Positions 58,086-64,000 of a stretch of 64,000 nucleotides of DNA are shown one piece after another; the stretch's first letter is position 1, and the number at the start of each line of letters is the position of its first letter. The position numbers and the translations under genes are program-made. Source of the stretch: a virus (taxonomy: Duplodnaviria > Caudoviricetes). Location: positions 64,001-128,000 of the IMG/VR virus record IMGVR_UViG_3300028886_000035; one strand, given 5' to 3'. The notes beneath the pieces are model-generated. The model was given only the letters and a program-made list of their open reading frames with translations, was not told the DNA's origin and searched no databases.

Positions 58086-58409
58086 ATGATAAAATTTGTA
58101 AACTTAACTCCCCAAAAAGTTAATATCTATGGTAAAGATAAAAAACTCATTTTGAGTGTTGAACCTGAAAATGTTTCAGCTAACTGCACTCAAAAGAAAG
58201 TAATTTGTGGATACATTGGGGAAGTTCCTGTGTATCGTGTGGTATTCGGACAGGTTTTCAGCGTACCTATGCCAAAAGAGAATACGATTTATATTGTGTC
58301 TCAGGATGTAGCAAATGCCGTGAAACGTCCTGATGTATATTGCCTAGGTGAAGAAATTAGAGATAAGCAGGGATATGTGATTGGCTATGAGGGACTTTCA
58401 ACCTGCTAA
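58086..58409 (+). CDS. Hypothetical phage protein (NLTP motif)
   Basis: AAGGAG RBS. Confidence 0.7.
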   Translation: MIKFVNLTPQKVNIYGKDKKLILSVEPENVSANCTQKKVICGYIGEVPVYRVVFGQVFSVPMPKENTIYIVSQDVANAVKRPDVYCLGEEIRDKQGYVIGYEGLSTC

Positions 58410-58504
58410 AAAGGAGAAATAAAAGATGAGACTGATTGATATGTAAAGTCAATGAAAACTATTTGTTATTTTTCTAACATAAGTATAGGGAAGGAGAGAA
58501 TAAA

Positions 58505-58669
58505 ATGATACATGATAAAGACGAGATATACGATGAGCCAATAGGTAGCTCAGAAGATTATGATAATAATTGGAGTCCAATGATGATATCATGTAGACTT
58601 TCTGAAGAACAAGTAGAAGAGTGGCTTAAGATTAAAAAAGAAATTAAAGAAGAATGTGGGGAGGTATAA
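58505..58669 (+). CDS. Small acidic protein (54 aa)
   Basis: AAGGAG RBS; manual translation MIHDKDEIYDEP...ECGEV. Confidence 0.5.
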   Translation: MIHDKDEIYDEPIGSSEDYDNNWSPMMISCRLSEEQVEEWLKIKKEIKEECGEV

Positions 58670-58739
58670 AAATAATGAGAACATATAGATGTAAGGTAAA
58701 AACTATTAAATATGCGGAAGTAGTTGTTTTTGCCAAAAA

Positions 58740-58785
58740 TAAATTTAAGGAACCCACGAATTTATTCGTGGGTTCCTTAAATTTA
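58740..58785. terminator. Long perfect hairpin at a convergent junction
   Basis: taaatttaaggaacccacgaat / attcgtgggttccttaaattta. Confidence 0.85.
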
Positions 58786-58800
58786 TTATCCTTTATTCAT

Positions 58801-59127
58801 TTAACTAGCATATTTATACGGACTACCTTTTACAATTACTCCACTATATGTATGTGGGCATTTTTTACATCCAAATTGGCAAGTCCCTGTTACTTTATCT
58901 GTTACTCTTGCTATTTTTAAATCTTCTGCATAACTATATGGACTACCTGTGATAATCTGTCCTTTCCCTCCACAAGTACAACATACTACGGTATCTGTTA
59001 TTCTTGCTATCTTTAAATCATCACTATAACTATGTGTACTTCCACTCGTAATAATTCCTACTTGCGTTCCATGTGGACAAGTTATTTTTACTGTATCTCC
59101 CAATCTTGCTACAGGTTGATTACTCAT
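58801..59127 (-). CDS. PAAR-repeat baseplate spike tip protein
   Basis: PVARLGD, KIARITD, KIARVTD repeats with ITSGS/ITGS and CPH metal ligands. Confidence 0.88.
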   Translation of the reverse strand: MSNQPVARLGDTVKITCPHGTQVGIITSGSTHSYSDDLKIARITDTVVCCTCGGKGQIITGSPYSYAEDLKIARVTDKVTGTCQFGCKKCPHTYSGVIVKGSPYKYAS

Positions 59128-59423
59128 AATTTTTCTACTGCTTCACTTACTAATTTAGCATATTCATTGCAAATATCATTTCCGATTTGTGTATCTTCTG
59201 TATCCATCATTTCAGAAATCTTATCTACTACATCATCCAATGTACCATCAATCGTTAAAATTCCTTCAATTGTTCCTAAATCTGCCGTTTCATCTTCAGA
59301 CATATCTTCTTTAATTTGTTTGCATAATGTATCAAATTCATCTTTATTTTCAGAAATATATTCTTTTACATATTTCACTACATCTGCTTCATTTACTTCT
59401 GCAATTAATCTTTTCTTCATCAT
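59124..59423 (-). CDS. Small acidic protein (MMKKRLIA tag)
   Basis: ORF track. Confidence 0.65.
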   Translation of the reverse strand: MMKKRLIAEVNEADVVKYVKEYISENKDEFDTLCKQIKEDMSEDETADLGTIEGILTIDGTLDDVVDKISEMMDTEDTQIGNDICNEYAKLVSEAVEKL

Positions 59424-59540
59424 TTTCCATCTTCCTTAAAAATATATTTGTACATTTTATATAGGATAATTCCTAATATACATCCAAAAATAAATCCTAT
59501 TATATTCATTATTTTTGACTCCTATCTAAAAAATACTATA

Positions 59541-60137
59541 TCAAATAAAATTAATTACTATTTTACTTTTATTTTTTTCTGCCTTTTCTATTGCCCCTAT
59601 CAATACATCTATTACGGTATTAATTTTTATATTTTCCATATGATACGATTTTATATCTTCTTGTATCACACACGTTATACTATTTGTTTCTCTTTTTGCT
59701 TTTTCTTCTTTTTTGTTTTTCCGTTTATCTATATAAAATACTTTACTGCTTTTATCTTCAAATAATTTTTCTGCACCACTTAATTGTACTAAGTAACATA
59801 TGCTATCATTTAATTTTTTCTTTATATCTATTAGATTGTTTTTTAATCCATTGATTTCTTCATATGGTATTTCATTTCCATTATCGCATAAATACATAAA
59901 ACTAGGATATAATCTACCAATATCTGTAATATTTCTTTTTTCTTTTCTTTCTAAATTATACCATACTATATCTTGTAATAAATTAAAATATTGTTCTTCT
60001 ATATCTATCTTTACTTCAAAATGTTCCGCTATATCTCTTTGTATATTATTCATTACTTCTAAGATTTCTTCTTCTTGTATTCCTTCTCCTATTAATAAAT
60101 TATATACTTTAGTACTGATAGGCATCAAATTTTTCAT
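59541..60137 (-). CDS. Hypothetical protein
   Basis: ORF track. Confidence 0.6.
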   Translation of the reverse strand: MKNLMPISTKVYNLLIGEGIQEEEILEVMNNIQRDIAEHFEVKIDIEEQYFNLLQDIVWYNLERKEKRNITDIGRLYPSFMYLCDNGNEIPYEEINGLKNNLIDIKKKLNDSICYLVQLSGAEKLFEDKSSKVFYIDKRKNKKEEKAKRETNSITCVIQEDIKSYHMENIKINTVIDVLIGAIEKAEKNKSKIVINFI

Positions 60138-60504
60138 TCGTACTCATTTCCTCTATACTTGGCATTTTTATTCCATTTAATAACATTGTCCTAAACCCAT
60201 ATATCAAACAAGGCTTACATATATAATGTTCATTATCTATGGTAAATAATGGTTTATTTTCTGTTCCTGTATGTCCACAAAATATACACCTATTTATATT
60301 TAAATCTACTTCCATTGGTATTCCATTTAATTCAATTTCTCTATTCTTCGTTTTTATAGTAGTTGTATTACCTTTTATTTCTATATCTTCTGCCCCTGAT
60401 TCCAATTCTTTATCCAATTCATTTATCTCTTTTTCTTCATTCTTTTTGTTTTCTTCTTCTGCTTTTATTTTTTTCTTTTGTATATCTAAAATATTTAATC
60501 CCAT
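60109..60504 (-). CDS. ClpX-type C4 zinc-finger protein
   Basis: CIFCG..L....YICKPC. Confidence 0.6.
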   Translation of the reverse strand: MGLNILDIQKKKIKAEEENKKNEEKEINELDKELESGAEDIEIKGNTTTIKTKNREIELNGIPMEVDLNINRCIFCGHTGTENKPLFTIDNEHYICKPCLIYGFRTMLLNGIKMPSIEEMSTNEKFDAYQY

Positions 60505-60648
60505 ATATTTACCTTCCTTCTTTTTATTCTCATTACTTGTATTATATTAAAATTGTCTATTCTTTTTAAAAACGATATTGTTATATAATGATGTATATAA
60601 TTAAATATAAATAGATACTTTCATATAAATGACTAATCCAATATCATG

Positions 60649-61078
60649 AAATTAGATTTATTAGTATAACAGTTTTAACCATTTTTTTACCACATAAACT
60701 AATCTATTTTATGGGTTATTAATTTAAATTAGATTTATTAGTATAATTAAACAAGAAAAAGGTATCAATTAAATATATCCACTATCTTATCCATCTATAT
60801 TATTTTTTATATAGAGATAAGATAGTGGATAAAATATTAATAAAAAGATAATGTTGTATAAGTAAACAGATAAAATAGATAAAACAGATAAAATATGAAT
60901 AAATAGATAAATAGAACAGATAGAATAGTATAATTAAATTGATAAGTAAAAAGGTATCAACTAAATATACGCATCTTTTTATCCTTTATTTTATCTCTAT
61001 ATAAAATTCTATAAAAAGATAAATGGATAAGATATGGATAAAAAGATAATGTTGTATAAATAAATTGATACCATTTTT
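60649..61078. repeat. Non-coding region of direct and inverted repeats
   Basis: 21-bp direct repeats at 60649/60726 and 60841/61039; 15-bp inverted repeat 60776-60790/60817-60831; aaaaaggtatcaa x2 with a near-inverted copy. Confidence 0.75.
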
Positions 61079-61080
61079 AT

Positions 61081-62244
61081 TTATTTTTTCTCTGTATATT
61101 TTAAGTGAACTAAATCATAATAATTGTATAATTTTCTCGAATGGTTATAATTAAGCCATTGATTTCTCATATCCTGCATATCAGAATAATAAGGATTTTC
61201 TACATCATTAGCATTAATAACAAATCCTGTACTTTCATCACACGTACAATAACTTTGTGTATCTATTAATGTCTGATATGAATCACTTTTTTCTTTCATA
61301 TTTTCTACATCTTTACCAAATATGAAACATCCACGAACAGCTTCTTCATCTGTATATGAAACCCCATTATGATTATCGTAGAATTGAATTTTATATTTTT
61401 TCCTTGGTTCAAATTTTACTAACATAGCATCTGCTTTATGTTTATTATCTCCTTTATACGATGTATCATTTAAACCATCATTAAAAGTAGTTAATGTAAT
61501 ACTATTAGTAAAATCATCAGAATCATTATCATTCCATGATATACGTAAATCCAAACCAATCATAAACATTTTTGTAATACCACACGTATATTGTGGTGTT
61601 TTTAAAATAATTCCATCATCTATTAATCTAACTCTACCACCAAAAATTGCTTTAAATGCTTTATATAAATAACTGTAATCTGTAGCATTAATAAAATAAT
61701 TATCTTGTACAAAATATTCTTTTATTAAGTTATAAATAACATTTGTACAAATTTGCCAAACTGTACCATCATTTTCTGTGTATCTCATTCCACTATCATA
61801 CTCTGAACCAACAGGAGCTAATGGTAAATAACCAAATTCTCCATTATCATCTAATTGTACTTTTACATATTTATTTGGATAAGGAAAATAAACTGTATTA
61901 TGAAAAATAACACATTCTATTGGTTTTCCTGTTTTAGAATGTACATAAAATGAATGGTCATATACAGGAACATTAGAATGAACCTCTCTATATGTATCAT
62001 TATGTATTATTTCCTGACGATTAATTTTTCTAGTAGTATCAAAGCAGATATTATTCATATTATGAACGTGTCGTACTGTATCATTTTTAAATACGTCTGT
62101 ACGATATATTTCCCTACACGTATCATTTCTATCTGTTCTACTATTTCCTATATTGCGAAACGTATCTAACTTTTGTGTTACTCGTTTACCTTCTACAATA
62201 CCTTTAACAATAAAGATTTTTGGAGTGGAAATTTTTTGTATCAT
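61081..62244 (-). CDS. Putative tail/baseplate-associated protein with DT.R repeats
   Basis: Repeated DT(F/C/V/T/Y)R motif; tail-gene context. Confidence 0.45.
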   Translation of the reverse strand: MIQKISTPKIFIVKGIVEGKRVTQKLDTFRNIGNSRTDRNDTCREIYRTDVFKNDTVRHVHNMNNICFDTTRKINRQEIIHNDTYREVHSNVPVYDHSFYVHSKTGKPIECVIFHNTVYFPYPNKYVKVQLDDNGEFGYLPLAPVGSEYDSGMRYTENDGTVWQICTNVIYNLIKEYFVQDNYFINATDYSYLYKAFKAIFGGRVRLIDDGIILKTPQYTCGITKMFMIGLDLRISWNDNDSDDFTNSITLTTFNDGLNDTSYKGDNKHKADAMLVKFEPRKKYKIQFYDNHNGVSYTDEEAVRGCFIFGKDVENMKEKSDSYQTLIDTQSYCTCDESTGFVINANDVENPYYSDMQDMRNQWLNYNHSRKLYNYYDLVHLKYTEKK

Positions 62245-63203
62245 TCAGAACACCCACTTTCCATTTTATAATCTCTTTGTAAAGTATTATAATCCCAAAA
62301 AATACCTTCTATTGGTTCTATTTCCATTACTTCTGATTGTATTCCTGCTTTTGGTTCATTATAAGGTACAGTTTTTATAGAATCGGTAAAATTATTCACA
62401 TTAAATTTCATAAAATTACCTAAGTTCGTATCACAACTTGCTTTTAATGCAGAAATGGATAATCCATATACAGAATATTTATCCACCTTTATATCTTCTA
62501 TTTGTTTTAAATCTTTTAAATTTTGTTGGATAAATTTGCCTTCCTTATTTGTTTTAAAACCATCACCATCTGCTTGCCAATTTGAAGTGATATTAGTATC
62601 TAATATTTCACAAGTAAGATTTCCCAATTTAGAATCGCCTATAATAAAATTAGATAATGCAGTTCCAAATTGAGTATAATAATTCACATCATCTGTTAAT
62701 ATAGGAATAATATTTTTGATTTGTACTCTATATGGTTGCTCATTATCAAAGAATTTAATTAATCTATCTTTAAACGTATATAATAGTTCATTTTCTTCCC
62801 ATAAATCTATCTGTTCTACTGTTCCATTACTGTGTAAATGTAATTCATAAGAATGAATTTTATCAAATTCCATATAACCTTCATATAATTGACTATTATC
62901 ACAAGTAAGAACAATATTATTGTGAGAACCAATATTAAAAGTTAAATCATGGTGTTCACTAGTAATTCTAAGTAAACCTTTCTTATCGTTTGTATTCTCA
63001 TTAGACAAATTGGTATATACATCGAAACGTACATACCAATCAAACATTTTTTTATTGCTATATACATTATACCAATATACATTACTAAATGGAATAATGT
63101 ATTGTTTACAATGTGTATATTTTTTGTCCTGACCTTCTTGATAAGAAAAATTACTTTCTTGAAATAAAGACCCAAAACCAGGGTTTATATATACAATACT
63201 CAT
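62241..63203 (-). CDS. Putative tail protein (beta-sandwich/lectin-like)
   Basis: YINPG start, beta-rich. Confidence 0.4.
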   Translation of the reverse strand: MSIVYINPGFGSLFQESNFSYQEGQDKKYTHCKQYIIPFSNVYWYNVYSNKKMFDWYVRFDVYTNLSNENTNDKKGLLRITSEHHDLTFNIGSHNNIVLTCDNSQLYEGYMEFDKIHSYELHLHSNGTVEQIDLWEENELLYTFKDRLIKFFDNEQPYRVQIKNIIPILTDDVNYYTQFGTALSNFIIGDSKLGNLTCEILDTNITSNWQADGDGFKTNKEGKFIQQNLKDLKQIEDIKVDKYSVYGLSISALKASCDTNLGNFMKFNVNNFTDSIKTVPYNEPKAGIQSEVMEIEPIEGIFWDYNTLQRDYKMESGCSE

Positions 63204-63217
63204 AATTTTCCTCCCCC

Positions 63218-63646
63218 TTAAACCGTTACAATATATGTATCTAAACGAATTGATACAGATATATCTTTACGTGGCTTTTCATCAGAAGAAGAAGAAATTT
63301 TTAACCAAAAAATTGTATTCGTTGATGTAATTGTATCTGTTATAACTAAACTATTTTTGAATAACCCTTTTGTTTTAGCTTCTGTTTCATTCTTAAAATC
63401 TTCATCTTTTGCAATTTGCCATTTTTCTCTCGTCAACCCAATAAATGAAATGGCTGTTTTATTTGATTTGTACCCTGGTTGTGTTCTAATTGCACATTTC
63501 AAATACTTTACTTCACTTTTTGTAGCATCTAATGATACTGAAACTGGGTCAGTCTGTAAATCATTTTGTGATACTAATGTACCGTCCGTCTTTCCTTTTG
63601 TTACAGTACCTTTATATATGTTTATATATTCATTAGGCGTTGCCAA
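63218..63646 (-). CDS. Putative tail-associated structural protein
   Basis: YINIYK..T.G.TDGTLVS..LDA..CAIRT..GY; resembles Negativicutes prophage proteins as I recall them (unverified). Confidence 0.45.
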   Translation of the reverse strand: MATPNEYINIYKGTVTKGKTDGTLVSQNDLQTDPVSVSLDATKSEVKYLKCAIRTQPGYKSNKTAISFIGLTREKWQIAKDEDFKNETEAKTKGLFKNSLVITDTITSTNTIFWLKISSSSDEKPRKDISVSIRLDTYIVTV

Positions 63647-63665
63647 TTATATCACACCTTTTATA

Positions 63666-63998
63666 TTAATTATTAATTACGGCAGTTGATGTTCCATTGA
63701 ACATAAAAGTATTACCTTCCATATATCCCAATTCTTTAATTATTTCACCTGTAGTAGATGGCATTGTATATGTAGTCTTACCGTTTTTACCCAAATATAC
63801 AACATAACCGTTATGAGTAGAATCTGTTGTTGGTAATGCATAAGATTGTGATACTAATGTAGTTCTTGTAGCATCGCTATCAGATAATGCAATAACAATT
63901 TTTGTGGCAGTTAATGTATTACCATTATCTGCCAATTTATACCCACCTGAAGAATAATATAATATGTCTCCTTTTTTACAACTACTACCTATAGCCAT
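63666..63998 (-). CDS. Small beta-rich structural protein (may extend beyond the window)
   Basis: KGDILY..YKLAD..G.VVYLG..G..T.T.PS..GE.I..LG motif. Confidence 0.45.
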   Translation of the reverse strand: MAIGSSCKKGDILYYSSGGYKLADNGNTLTATKIVIALSDSDATRTTLVSQSYALPTTDSTHNGYVVYLGKNGKTTYTMPSTTGEIIKELGYMEGNTFMFNGTSTAVINN

Positions 63999-64000
63999 TC

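Noticed and set aside
58654-58920. 88-aa + strand gene
   Set aside because: It reads through the terminator into the antisense of the PAAR gene; more likely a truncated remnant starting at 58675.
1-64000. Stop-codon reassignment
   Set aside because: Coding density is high in the standard code; reading through TAG at 51876 gives no sensible protein, and the breaks there are frameshifts.

Overview
Very AT-rich segment of a large (jumbo-type) myovirus genome, almost entirely coded on the - strand in the standard code. The host is probably a Firmicute/Negativicute; this is inferred from sigmaA-type promoters, GGAG/GGTG ribosome-binding sites and my recollection of similar tail proteins. The window holds the head-morphogenesis region: a large terminase with three inteins, a sigma factor, an M16 peptidase, portal, prohead protease, decoration protein and a Bacillus phage G-like major capsid protein, plus a head-tail adaptor, a PAAR spike and fibre/LRR proteins. 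Interleaved with these are four radical-SAM genes (two paralogous SPASM enzymes beside a Cys-Gln-repeat protein), nucleotide-sugar enzymes, two DNA methyltransferases and nucleotide-metabolism genes. The most notable unexplained patterns are: (1) a phage-encoded rSAM/SPASM plus CQ-repeat substrate module; (2) a shared basic terminal tag (N-terminal MK(K)RL-x-A/S, C-terminal RLAK) on more than 15 uncharacterised proteins, with two candidate processing proteases; (3) a paralog array with orphan C-terminal stubs; (4) sugar-pathway genes bracketing the capsid gene; (5) several structured intergenic RNAs, one with its own promoter and terminator; (6) two inteins separated by only three extein residues inside the terminase Walker A motif. 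All family calls are from motif recognition by eye; no searches were run.
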